A stretch of 64,000 nt of DNA from Thermoplasmata archaeon (GTDB lineage: Archaea > Thermoplasmatota > Thermoplasmata > RBG-16-68-12). The position numbers were made by a program, and so were the translations under genes. The stretch lies in the NCBI GenBank assembly GCA_035636595.1, contig DASPYU010000015.1:168-64167 (forward strand). The letters are read 5' to 3'. Positions 46,401 through 54,882 of the stretch are shown piece by piece (position 1 is the stretch's first letter; each line of letters opens with the position of its first letter). Under the pieces are notes generated by a model. It ran no database searches, was not told where the DNA came from, and was given only the letters and a program-made list of their open reading frames with translations.

Positions 46401-48037
46401 GGCCCGCCACGGTCGGTGGGCATGTCCTCACGTTCGCGACGAAGACCAACGGCGGTACGGACATCCGGAACAAGGACTACGTGCTCGGGAACAACAACGC
46501 CACCCTGACGGTGAGCGCGCAGACCCCGCCCGACCTCGTGCTGCGGCAATCGGACTACTCGACGATCGCCAACGTGACCCAGAACCAGGGATTCACGATC
46601 ACGGTCATCATCTACAACGTCGGTCAGACGACCGCCGTCAACGTCTCCGTGGCGGCGTTCATGGGCAGCGTCGAAGTCGGCCGCGTCAACGGCCTGACGA
46701 TCGGCGCGTCGCTCACGACGCCCCTGAACGTGAGCGGCATCGGCCTCACGGGCCAGCAGACGGTCCAGCTCCGGGTCGATCCGGACAACCGGATCAACGA
46801 AGGCGGCCCGGCGAACGAGTCGAACAACGCGGCGACCGTGACGGTGAACGTCCAGCCGCCGCAAGGGATGGTCGTCCTGGTCGCACCGACCTCCGGGCAG
46901 ACCGTCGAACCGGGTCGGGACCTCGTCGTCACGGGCTATGTGTGGGACCAGGGCTCGAACGGGATCCCGAACGTCGGCCTGACGATCGATCTGCGCTCCG
47001 GGACCGGCACGCTTGCGACGAACACGACAATGTCCCAGGATGGCGGCTTCTTCCTCGGGACCGTCCACGTGCCGAGCGGCCTCCAGGACGGAGGGTACGA
47101 CATCGTGATCACACCGTCGACCGGCATCATCCAGTCGTACACGCAATCGATCAATGTCAAGACGACCGTGCCGTTCCTGAATCAGCCCGTGCCGATCCTC
47201 GGCCTCCCGTACTGGCTGTTCTTCGTGATCCTCGCGGCCGCCGCGGCGATCGTCGTCGGCGTCACGCTCTACTGGAAGGTCTACGGCCTCGGGAAGATGG
47301 TCGAGTGCGGCGAGTGCGGCGCCTTCATTCCGGAGGATGCCACGAGCTGCCCGAAGTGCGGCGTCGAGTTCGAGAAGGACATGGCGAAGTGCTCGAACTG
47401 CCAGGCCTGGATCCCCGTCGACGTGAAGCAGTGTCCGGAGTGCGGGGTCGAGTTCGCGACCGGCGAGGTCGCCATGGCCGACTACCAGGAGAAGATGAAG
47501 CTCCAATACGACGAGGTCGTCTCGAAGTTCAAGGAGGAAGCATCCCGGCAGCTCGGCCGATCCCTCTCCGACCGCGAGTTCCAGGAGTGGTGGCGCAAGC
47601 AGCCCACGTTCCTGACGTTCGAGGACTGGCTCCGCGAGGAAGAGGAGATGCGCAAGATGGGCTCCAAGCCGTGCCCGACGTGCGGCACCCTCAACTCCGT
47701 GACGGCGACCGTGTGCCACAAGTGCGGCTCCCTGATGCGCCCGCCGGGCGGCGGGAGCGGTGGAGGTGCGGTGCCGGTGGCACCCGAGAAGCCTGCGGCC
47801 GCCACGCCGTCCCGACCGGAGACGCCCTCGGCGCCACGAGCGGCCCCCACGACGGTCATCCCCGCCGCAACGCCCCCGACAGGGACGGAGGGCGTACCGC
47901 GTCGCGTGATCCGACGGCCCGTCGCCCCGCAGCCGGTGATCCAGCGGAAGATCATCAAGAAGCCCGTCGAGACGCAGGAGAGCCAGACGTCGGAGAGCGA
48001 TTCGAGCGACGAGAAGAAGTCCGAAGACGACATCTGA
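43451..48037 (+). CDS. Large surface protein with beta-helix-like and multiple CARDB domains, TM and cytoplasmic zinc ribbons (long paralog)
   Basis: Paralog of 37219..40029 with about 600 extra aa. GGAGGT RBS before ATG 43451; alternative ATG at 43391. Confidence 0.87.
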   Translation: MPTRSGRDSKSLSLLIVWTLALGGVFAAIVAVSPSARAGTCDQVGGVISGDWTITTVQVCSGILYTVDGTININAGGSLTLIDGGLSFAKDQSHENYALNVNAGGELVLDNATVTTQTQSLSPFLKLAFSVNGANSKFTMKDGAMLKFPGWFNATSATINITASKITGFTDSEISDLGLDTDDNNDGPLLAWSATAASVYGSTIDRIYEYDGGATGNLVLTATSNLYAYDSYIGVDYASEALTPGHHNELRVDGTSNGYLYNVTIDRTQDPASLSDWQPAFRPTAAGGTVNFLRWLHATVVDSSGIPIAGATIWSSLSPSSTTAQYPDNGLTTTPTARTLWYLSRQASGANAWNRTNSDGMATIPLYTDQITTASLPNAESFGNYREVAAYSASTSAGDVAFNPYPAVSEADNHAWLTLSFANLQVCPTGVTTWSFDRQITGNVSVATCLEISGHITITSGGLYVDQGSDGKSRAYVKILSGGSLDLVGSTVWSNFFLPFYVANGGTLVTSAASALNLTARGIPGLLREDGATSSVSIADSSVDGNVTLYGGSAALNRVHLSGPGLWIDTVQRTNLWDATLTGVTSLAISTDDGNANTVDVDIRNTTFDQLQTSQLVFGGLQNVQLTSVQTYDPDGTWWQTMITGGSVVSRYWWVTVDAVDGTGTLLADANVGITVQRMDPNTLTAFTVPDPAPGDIYYTTSTTWPVSAPLGFVVYRGFSEMRTTSTRSVNDSYLANGTAVIESTTYNPDSTGSALVTADTVMQLTFSSLTPDLSITSLTIAGGNGASLLQPINTDLTVTATIRNVGQINVRNVTVSFFEDNVDRNLDGLMDFTPLDYRATGLWIGDTLLPLVPKNGTAAAVLVWHPVGALESSRTVSAVVDPPVSSVDDGGLVRETNERNNILPRTFTLYTWPDLAISTADIQFITDPVVNNDVSVRVTVHNLGTNRATGATLEIWEGAVRVGGPATFDITQGVDVVLTVSWRPATVGGHVLTFATKTNGGTDIRNKDYVLGNNNATLTVSAQTPPDLVLRQSDYSTIANVTQNQGFTITVIIYNVGQTTAVNVSVAAFMGSVEVGRVNGLTIGASLTTPLNVSGIGLTGQQTVQLRVDPDNRINEGGPANESNNAATVTVNVQPPQGMVVLVAPTSGQTVEPGRDLVVTGYVWDQGSNGIPNVGLTIDLRSGTGTLATNTTMSQDGGFFLGTVHVPSGLQDGGYDIVITPSTGIIQSYTQSINVKTTVPFLNQPVPILGLPYWLFFVILAAAAAIVVGVTLYWKVYGLGKMVECGECGAFIPEDATSCPKCGVEFEKDMAKCSNCQAWIPVDVKQCPECGVEFATGEVAMADYQEKMKLQYDEVVSKFKEEASRQLGRSLSDREFQEWWRKQPTFLTFEDWLREEEEMRKMGSKPCPTCGTLNSVTATVCHKCGSLMRPPGGGSGGGAVPVAPEKPAAATPSRPETPSAPRAAPTTVIPAATPPTGTEGVPRRVIRRPVAPQPVIQRKIIKKPVETQESQTSESDSSDEKKSEDDI
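47270..47740 (+). repeat. Near-identical copy of 39268-39738
   Basis: See the paired repeat entry. Confidence 0.9.
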
Positions 48038-48074
48038 GGTCGCTCATCGATCGGCTCGGTCCGTTCGGCATCCC

Positions 48075-48242
48075 ATGAGACGCGCGGTTCGGAGGCTCCC
48101 GAACGATTCCGGCAGGACCATCCGCCATCGCCGCCCTCCTTACTGCGTGAATCGATCGCACCTGGCCATCTTCGCCTGGTTCCTCGTCGTAACGTTGGTG
48201 TTGGAGCTCCCTGGCGCGATCGGTGCGATCGTCCGCGCGTAA
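48075..48242 (+). CDS. Possible small single-TM protein (31-55 aa)
   Basis: GTG 48147 (or ATG 48075) to TAA 48242 gives ...NRSHLAIFAWFLVVTLVLELPGAIGAIVRA; below the ORF-track cutoff. Confidence 0.35.
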   Translation: MRRAVRRLPNDSGRTIRHRRPPYCVNRSHLAIFAWFLVVTLVLELPGAIGAIVRA

Positions 48243-48294
48243 TCCGCGCGAAATCCGCGCGAAGACCTTATCCACCCCGCGCGATGCCTCGCGG

Positions 48295-49428
48295 ATGCGC
48301 CCGGAGGACCGGCGGGTCGTGGCCTTGCTCGGATTCCTCCATGGGACGGTCCACGCGAACATCCTCTCGATCCCGGTCTTTCTGCTCGCCTGGCGCTCGG
48401 AGTTCGCCGCGGACGACGTGACCCTCGGACTTCTTGCGGCGGTGACGTACGGCGCTTATGGCCTGGGCGCCGTTCCGTTCGGGTATCTGGCGGATCGGCG
48501 CTCCCCGAGCCGCCTCTTGCTTCTGTGTGGCATGGGCATCGCGGCATCGGTTGCGGCGGTTGCGGCAAGTCCCTCGATCCCGCTTCTCGCGGCGTCGCTC
48601 GTCGCCCTCGGCCTGTTTTCCGGGATCTACCATCCGACCGGGCTGTCCGTCATCTCGAGGACCGTGCGCGAGCAGGGACGCGGGATGGGATGGCACGGGA
48701 TGGGTGGCAGCCTCGGGATCGCGTCCGGTCCGGCGTACGTGACTGCCGCGGTCGCCTTGGGATGGTCCTGGCGTCTCGCCGCCGGGCTCCTCGTCGGTCC
48801 ACCGCTCCTGGCCGCGGCCCTCCTGATGGCCGTCGGTCTTCCGCCCGCGCCCCCGGAGCCTGCGGAGGATCGGCCTACCGCCGTCCGTGCCTTGTTCACG
48901 CGGCCCTTCGTCCGGATCCTCCTCGTCTATATGTTCGCCGGGTTCGCGTACCAAGGCGGCCTGACGTTCCTCCCGCGCTTCGTCGGCTCCGCCCCGTTCG
49001 CGGCGGCCCTCGGCCTCGGGGCCATCGGACAAGTGCTGTCGGGCACCCTCGCGGACCGCCGCCATCCGGATCGACTGTTGTTCGTCCTGAGCCTCGTTGC
49101 GGCGGCGATCCTGCTCTTTCTCGCGTTGGGCCCTCCGTATGCCGTGTTCGTGGTTGCCGGGCTCGGCTTCGGGTTCGTCCTGTTCTCGCTGGAGCCGTTA
49201 CAGAACACGCTCGTCACGGGCGAGGCCCCGCGGGCGCGGCGCGGGCTGGCCTTCGGGTTCACGTTCCTCAGCGTCTTCGGGATCGGATCGATCGGAGCCG
49301 CGCTCGCCGGGTGGCTCATCGCACAGAATGCCGCCGCGGCCCTGTTCGCGATCCTCGCCGCGTGCCTCGCGGCGTCGGGCGGCTTCGCCCTCGGAGTGCA
49401 ATCGAGGCGAGCCGCGTCGGGTCGCTGA
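48295..49428 (+). CDS. MFS transporter
   Basis: GYLADRR and GTLADRR motif A, GIYHP; about 12 TM. Confidence 0.88.
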   Translation: MRPEDRRVVALLGFLHGTVHANILSIPVFLLAWRSEFAADDVTLGLLAAVTYGAYGLGAVPFGYLADRRSPSRLLLLCGMGIAASVAAVAASPSIPLLAASLVALGLFSGIYHPTGLSVISRTVREQGRGMGWHGMGGSLGIASGPAYVTAAVALGWSWRLAAGLLVGPPLLAAALLMAVGLPPAPPEPAEDRPTAVRALFTRPFVRILLVYMFAGFAYQGGLTFLPRFVGSAPFAAALGLGAIGQVLSGTLADRRHPDRLLFVLSLVAAAILLFLALGPPYAVFVVAGLGFGFVLFSLEPLQNTLVTGEAPRARRGLAFGFTFLSVFGIGSIGAALAGWLIAQNAAAALFAILAACLAASGGFALGVQSRRAASGR

Positions 49429-51243
49429 TCAGCTCGCGGGCACCGGGACGCCTTGCGCCTGGAGTGTGTCGCGGACGACCTTGATCATCCCGTCCGGGTC
49501 CTTGTAGTACGAGGAGACGATCTTCGCGACGTCGCGGTAGTTCTTGATCTCCATCCGCTTCATGTACTCGAAGATGTCCAGGCGGCGCTTGACCTCCTGT
49601 TCCATCCTCCGCTGGTTCCAGTTCCGCGCGAGGGAGATCTTCTCGTAGACGTACGAGTGACCGGAATAGTTGAACGTGTCATCCGCCGGGTTCCAGGTGT
49701 ACGCGGAGTTCGTGATCAGCTCGTTGCTCTCCGGATCCGTGCCGACGACCTCGACGATCGCCTTCACGCGCCGGGTCATGTCCGTCCCGACCTTGACCTG
49801 CGCCTGGAGGAGCACGATGTCGAGCGCCGCGACCAGGGCGCGCGGCAGGTTGATCGGGTCGTTCTCGAGCCGGTGGACCATCGCCTGGACATCGTCCGCG
49901 TGGAACGTCGTGTACGCGGATTTGCCCGTCGCCATGGCCTGGAACACGACGAACGCCTCGGGTCCACGGACCTCACCGATCATCATGTACTGCGGGCGTT
50001 GCCGCAGCGCCGCTGTGAGGAGGTCGAACATGTCGATCTCGCCGGCCGGCTTGCCGGTGATGTTCGACTTGCCGCCGAATCCGGCGCGCGTCAGGAGCGG
50101 CACCCAGTTCTCGTGCGGCAGGTTCAGCTCGCGGGTGTCTTCGATGGAGACGATCTTCATCTGGGGCGGGATGAACAGCAGGATCGCGTTCAGCGTCGTC
50201 GTCTTGCCGGACGCTGTGCCGCCGCAGATCAACATCGACTGCCCATTCTCGATCGCGAGCCAGAGGTAGCCCATCATCTCCGGGGACATCGTCTTGAAGC
50301 GGACGAGGTCGAGCGGGGTGAAGGGGTTCTCTCGGAACCGCCGGATCGTGAACGAGGACCCGCGCTTCGTGACGTGCATCCCGAGCGTCGCCTGGAGACG
50401 CGAGCCGTCCGGGATCGTCGCGTCGAGCATGGGCTTCGCGACGGAGATGTGCTTGCCGGACCGCTGCGCGAGCCAGATGACGAACGAGTCGAGCTCCTCC
50501 GCGTTGTCGAACTTCAGGTTCGAGGGGATGGACCCGTACTTGCGGTGGTAGATGTACAGCGGCACGTTGACGCCGTCACAGGAGACGTCTTCGACCTGGA
50601 CGTCCGTCATCACGACGTCGATCGCTCCGTACCGGATGAAGTCCCGGAACACATAGTACATGATCCGTTCCTTCGACACGGGGTGGAGGTCCACGCCGAG
50701 TTCTCGCAGGAGGCCGTCGACGATCCGCCGGAGGTAGTTCTGCTTTTGCTCTTTGTCCGCGTCGTCGAGGAGCTCGAGGTTCTCCACGAGGATCTCCTTC
50801 AGGACGTCGAGCAGTTCCGACTCCTCCTCGAGGAGCTTCGGCTCGATCGCCTCGTAGAAGTACTCGTTCGCCATCGTGTCGTACAGGATCCGCGTATAGG
50901 AGTAGTTCTTCAGGATCGGCTGGATCTCGATCTCGTTCATGCCGCGCCGGACGATCTTCGGGATCGTGGTGATCTTGCCGAGGGTGGTCTCCTCGATGCT
51001 GCTGACCTTGGGCGCCTTGACCTTGACGCCCTTCTCTCCGAGGAGGCGGCTGAAGTAGCGGTGCTTGATTGAGTCGAGCGCCTTGAACGTCGTCGCCTTG
51101 CGCTTCTCGTCGAGGTCGTTGAGCATGCGCTTGGCCTCGTCGCGCTCCATGTCGAGGGACCGGACCTTCGACCGAGTCGCGGCCTTCTTCCGATCGATCG
51201 CGTCGAGTTCCTGCGCGTAATTTCCTTCCTGGGATTGCGCCAT
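49429..51243 (-). CDS. Type IV pilus/secretion ATPase (FlaI/PilB/VirB11-like) with N-terminal coiled coil
   Basis: EDVSCDG, SSFTIRRF, GGTASGKTT, SIEDTRE, LRQRP, GEVRG, AMATG. Confidence 0.93.
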   Translation of the reverse strand: MAQSQEGNYAQELDAIDRKKAATRSKVRSLDMERDEAKRMLNDLDEKRKATTFKALDSIKHRYFSRLLGEKGVKVKAPKVSSIEETTLGKITTIPKIVRRGMNEIEIQPILKNYSYTRILYDTMANEYFYEAIEPKLLEEESELLDVLKEILVENLELLDDADKEQKQNYLRRIVDGLLRELGVDLHPVSKERIMYYVFRDFIRYGAIDVVMTDVQVEDVSCDGVNVPLYIYHRKYGSIPSNLKFDNAEELDSFVIWLAQRSGKHISVAKPMLDATIPDGSRLQATLGMHVTKRGSSFTIRRFRENPFTPLDLVRFKTMSPEMMGYLWLAIENGQSMLICGGTASGKTTTLNAILLFIPPQMKIVSIEDTRELNLPHENWVPLLTRAGFGGKSNITGKPAGEIDMFDLLTAALRQRPQYMMIGEVRGPEAFVVFQAMATGKSAYTTFHADDVQAMVHRLENDPINLPRALVAALDIVLLQAQVKVGTDMTRRVKAIVEVVGTDPESNELITNSAYTWNPADDTFNYSGHSYVYEKISLARNWNQRRMEQEVKRRLDIFEYMKRMEIKNYRDVAKIVSSYYKDPDGMIKVVRDTLQAQGVPVPAS

Positions 51244-51252
51244 CGGGTCACC

Positions 51253-52185
51253 TCAGATGATCAGGAACGCGAAGAACGCGATCAGCAGCATGACGAAGCT
51301 GTGCCGCAGGCCGTTCGGAATGCGCCCCGTGTCCAGTACGCCGGCGAGGATGCCGTCGCCCAGGCCGTGGACGATCGTCGCGATGAAGAACGCGAGGCGG
51401 ATGCTCTTGACGACGCCCGGCAGGTCCGTCGCCAGAGGACTGGCCCCGCCCAGGGCGCCGCCGTTCACGCCGCCCGAAAGGGCGCCGCTCGCCTCGAGCA
51501 TCTTCGGCAGGAATGTGACGTTCAGGATCCAGATCGTCACCAGGAACACCATGAACGAGATGTAAATCACCGCGATGTACGTCGACATCGCGATCCGCCG
51601 CTCATCCTCCGTGAGTTGGTTCTCCTTCGTGTCGTGGCTGACCATCGTCAGGACGTCAGCGACGTCGCCACCCGCGTCCGAGGACTTCACGATGATCGCG
51701 ACGATCCGCCCGACCATCGGCGTCTTCACGCGCTCCGCGAACAGCTGCAACGCCTCCGTCGCGGGGACGCCCCAGGTGATCTGGGCCGCCATCTTCTTGA
51801 TCTCCGGCGTGAGCTTGCCGTAGCGCCCGGAGGACGACACGACGATCGCATCCGCGAGGGTCATGCCGAACCGGCCGGCTTCGGCGACGTCGCGCAGGAA
51901 GTCGGGGAGTCGGCGCTCGATGAGCTTGATCTCCCGCGCTTTCTTCGCCATGAAGAAACCGTAGGGTCCGATGAAGCCCAGGATTGCGATGACCATCCAG
52001 TAGAGGCCCCGCTCCGCGGCTCCCTGGTCCCCGCGGAATCCAAGGCTGACGGAGTTGATCACGTTCAGGAAAGCAACGAAGCTAAAGACCACGAGTAGGA
52101 CGCAGCTCACGGCGACGACCGCCTTCTGGCGATCCGCCTTCTGGTAGAGCCGCACCCGGGCCTTCTCGAGTTCGGGGTTCGCCAT
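51253..52185 (-). CDS. Type IV pilus membrane platform protein (TadC/FlaJ-like)
   Basis: LPDFLRDVAEAGRFGMTL...YGKLTPE...GGDVADVL T2SSF pattern. Confidence 0.9.
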   Translation of the reverse strand: MANPELEKARVRLYQKADRQKAVVAVSCVLLVVFSFVAFLNVINSVSLGFRGDQGAAERGLYWMVIAILGFIGPYGFFMAKKAREIKLIERRLPDFLRDVAEAGRFGMTLADAIVVSSSGRYGKLTPEIKKMAAQITWGVPATEALQLFAERVKTPMVGRIVAIIVKSSDAGGDVADVLTMVSHDTKENQLTEDERRIAMSTYIAVIYISFMVFLVTIWILNVTFLPKMLEASGALSGGVNGGALGGASPLATDLPGVVKSIRLAFFIATIVHGLGDGILAGVLDTGRIPNGLRHSFVMLLIAFFAFLII

Positions 52186-52186
52186 G

Positions 52187-53236
52187 TCAGCCCTCCTGCT
52201 CCATGTTCCAGATCACGAAGATGAACCCGAACTGGCTCATCGGGATCATCAGGCCGACGACGACGTACAGCAAGGTGACGACGAAGCTCCCGGACGTCCC
52301 CTTGCTGATCAAGGCCATGATTGCCATGATCACGACGAGGAAGAGGGGGAACGCCACGACGACCGTGACGAAGGACTCCGCGAGCATCCCGAGCGTCTCC
52401 ATCTTCTTCCGCATCTCGAGGCGGTCTTCCTTCTCGAACTGCTCCGCCTTCACGAGGAAGTACGGCTTCAGTTGGCCACCGCTCGTGGACGTCGTGACGA
52501 CGCCCTGAAGGAAGTCCTGGAATTTCGAGGACGGGGACCGCTGCGCAGCCTTGCGGATCGCGGTGAGGATGTCCAAACCGAGGAGTTCCGTGTCGCGGGT
52601 GATCCACTCCGCCTCGCGCGCGACCTCGCCGTACACGGTCTGCTTCGATAGCTCCTTGAAGATCACGTCGACGGGGACGTTCGCGGATGCCATGGCGGAG
52701 ATGAACGACATCGCGCCGGAGATCCGCTTGTCGATCTTGTGGCCGCGCTTCTTCGCCATGGACGCCGGCCTGCCATGGTAGCCGACGGGGAGGCCGAAGA
52801 AATACATGTAGGAGAAGAAGATCGGCAACGCCGCGACGAGGCCGAGGATGATCAGCAGCGTGACGATGTCGATCCGCAAGATGAAGAGGAAGATCGACGC
52901 GATGAACGCGGCGACGACGGCCCCCACCGCGGCGAAGGTCGTGTTCATCCAGGCGACCGCAAGGTACTCCTCGGGCCGCAGCTTGATGTGTGCCTTCAGG
53001 AGGTTGTCCTCGAGCTCCGGGTTGTCCCGTTCGCGGCTCTGGACGAACTTCCCGAACATGCGCCAGGCGACCTGCTCCTTCGGCGACAGGCTCACGTTGA
53101 CGGGCTTCGCGCCCTTCGGGAGCTTGACGAGGTGAGCGCCCTGTTCGGCCTCTTCCTCGCGGCGGGTGCGCTTCGTCTTGGTGAGCGTGCCGCGGGTCTG
53201 CAGCTTCTCGAACGCGGAGCTACCCAACCGTCTCAC
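52187..53236 (-). CDS. Type IV pilus membrane platform protein (TadC/FlaJ-like)
   Basis: YGEVARE...LGLDILTAI...SPSSKFQDFLQG...SGG pattern. Confidence 0.9.
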   Translation of the reverse strand: MRRLGSSAFEKLQTRGTLTKTKRTRREEEAEQGAHLVKLPKGAKPVNVSLSPKEQVAWRMFGKFVQSRERDNPELEDNLLKAHIKLRPEEYLAVAWMNTTFAAVGAVVAAFIASIFLFILRIDIVTLLIILGLVAALPIFFSYMYFFGLPVGYHGRPASMAKKRGHKIDKRISGAMSFISAMASANVPVDVIFKELSKQTVYGEVAREAEWITRDTELLGLDILTAIRKAAQRSPSSKFQDFLQGVVTTSTSGGQLKPYFLVKAEQFEKEDRLEMRKKMETLGMLAESFVTVVVAFPLFLVVIMAIMALISKGTSGSFVVTLLYVVVGLMIPMSQFGFIFVIWNMEQEG

Positions 53237-54872
53237 CCCCGGCCTCGACGGGCTTCAGGACCCCGTGGTCGGCCCATCCCATCTCCTCGCGGATCCGCTT
53301 CGCGGTCTCGTCCGGGTACTGATAATACTGGACGACGATCTTCGCGATCTCGCGGAAGTCCGTCATCCCTTTTTGAACCATGTAGTTGACCACGTCGATC
53401 CGCCGCGCGAATTCGGCTTCCATCTCCTCGTGGGTCATGTTCTTCATTTCCATGATCTCGTCGAACAGGAACGAGTGCCCCTTGTAAACGAAGGTGTCCG
53501 TGGCGGCGTCCCACTCGTACACGGTGTTCGTGATCAGCTCGTTCGTCTCCGGCTCGAACCCGACGAGCTCCACGACCTGCTTGATGCGCCGGACGATCGA
53601 GTCGCCGATGCGGGCGTGCGTCTGGATGATCACGAAGTTGAGGGCCGTGAGCAGGATTCTCGGCGTGTTGATCGGCGGGTTCTCGAGGCGGTTGACCATC
53701 GACTTGACCGAGTCCGCGTGCATCGTCGACATCGTCGGGTGGCCCGTCGCCATCGCCTGGAACATCGTGTACGTCTCCGCGCCTCGGACTTCCCCTACGA
53801 TGATGTAGTTCGGCCGCTGCCGCAGTGCCGCGCGCACGAGGTCGTACATGTCGATCTCGCCGCCGGCCTTCCCGTCGGGCCCGCGCTCGCCGACGCCGGA
53901 CCGCGTTGTGCCGGGGATCCAGTTCTCATGGGGCAGGTTGATCTCCCGCGTGTCTTCGATCGAGACGATCTTCGCGCCCGGCCGGATGAAGAGGCCCGCG
54001 CTGTTCAGCGTCGCGGTCTTCCCGCTCGCGGTGCCGCCGCAGACCATCATCGACTTGCCGTTCTCGACGGCGACCCAGAGGTACGCGACCATCTCGGCGC
54101 TTGCCGTGCCGAACTTCACGAGTTCCGTCGGGGTGAAAGGCTTCTCCTTGTACCGCCGGATCGTGAACGAGGAGCCGCGGGTCGTGACCTCTCGGCTGTA
54201 CGTCGCTTGGACGCGGTGGCCTTCGGTGGACGTGCCGTCGAGGATCGGGTTCGCGACGGAGAGTTGCTTCCCGCACCGCTGCCCGAGCATGACGGCGAAC
54301 GAGTTCAGGGCGTCGTCATCGTCGAAGATGACGTTCGTCTTGATTGACTCGTACTTCTGGTGGAACACGAACAGGGGGATCGCTTCGCCGTCGCAGGAGA
54401 CGTCCTCGATCCGGAGGTCCGCCATGAGCACGTCGACGGGACCGTATCCGACGAAGTCCCGGATGATGTAGTAGACGATCTTGTCCTTCGAGGCGGGTTC
54501 GAGCCGCAGGCCGCGGGACTTGATGAACGAGTCGACGGCTTCCTGCAGGTACTCCTTCTTGTCTTTCTCCGCCATCTTGTCCCATTCGTACTCGAGCGTG
54601 CGGTTCAGGGAGTCCTTGATCATGTCGAGGAACTCCTTCTCGCGTTCGTCGAGCTGGGGTTCCCAGACCTCGTAGACGTATTCGGAGCGCTCGTGGTCGT
54701 AGACGATGCGCGCGTAGGTGAAAGGCTCGCGGATCGGCACGACCTCGATCTCTTCAAGGCTATCGCGAGTGAGGTCGGGGATCCGCGTGAGGTAGGAACC
54801 GCGCGTCCCGGACCACTCCGCCTTCTGCTGGATTGCGCCCCGCGGCATCATCACCTTGCGTTGCTTCGGCAT
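53220..54872 (-). CDS. Type IV pilus/secretion ATPase (second paralog)
   Basis: GGTASGKTA, SIEDTRE, LRQRP, GEVRG, AMATGH, TMHA. Confidence 0.93.
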   Translation of the reverse strand: MPKQRKVMMPRGAIQQKAEWSGTRGSYLTRIPDLTRDSLEEIEVVPIREPFTYARIVYDHERSEYVYEVWEPQLDEREKEFLDMIKDSLNRTLEYEWDKMAEKDKKEYLQEAVDSFIKSRGLRLEPASKDKIVYYIIRDFVGYGPVDVLMADLRIEDVSCDGEAIPLFVFHQKYESIKTNVIFDDDDALNSFAVMLGQRCGKQLSVANPILDGTSTEGHRVQATYSREVTTRGSSFTIRRYKEKPFTPTELVKFGTASAEMVAYLWVAVENGKSMMVCGGTASGKTATLNSAGLFIRPGAKIVSIEDTREINLPHENWIPGTTRSGVGERGPDGKAGGEIDMYDLVRAALRQRPNYIIVGEVRGAETYTMFQAMATGHPTMSTMHADSVKSMVNRLENPPINTPRILLTALNFVIIQTHARIGDSIVRRIKQVVELVGFEPETNELITNTVYEWDAATDTFVYKGHSFLFDEIMEMKNMTHEEMEAEFARRIDVVNYMVQKGMTDFREIAKIVVQYYQYPDETAKRIREEMGWADHGVLKPVEAGGETVG

Positions 54873-54882
54873 GTGTGGTCCC

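Noticed and set aside
341-54347. Many long alternative-frame and antisense ORFs (e.g. 44900..47719, 44926..48078, 40962..43106, 26078..28057, the 5' half of 1131..3665)
   Set aside because: They are shadows of real genes in high-GC DNA: Arg/Pro-rich, without motifs, and overlapping well-supported CDSs.
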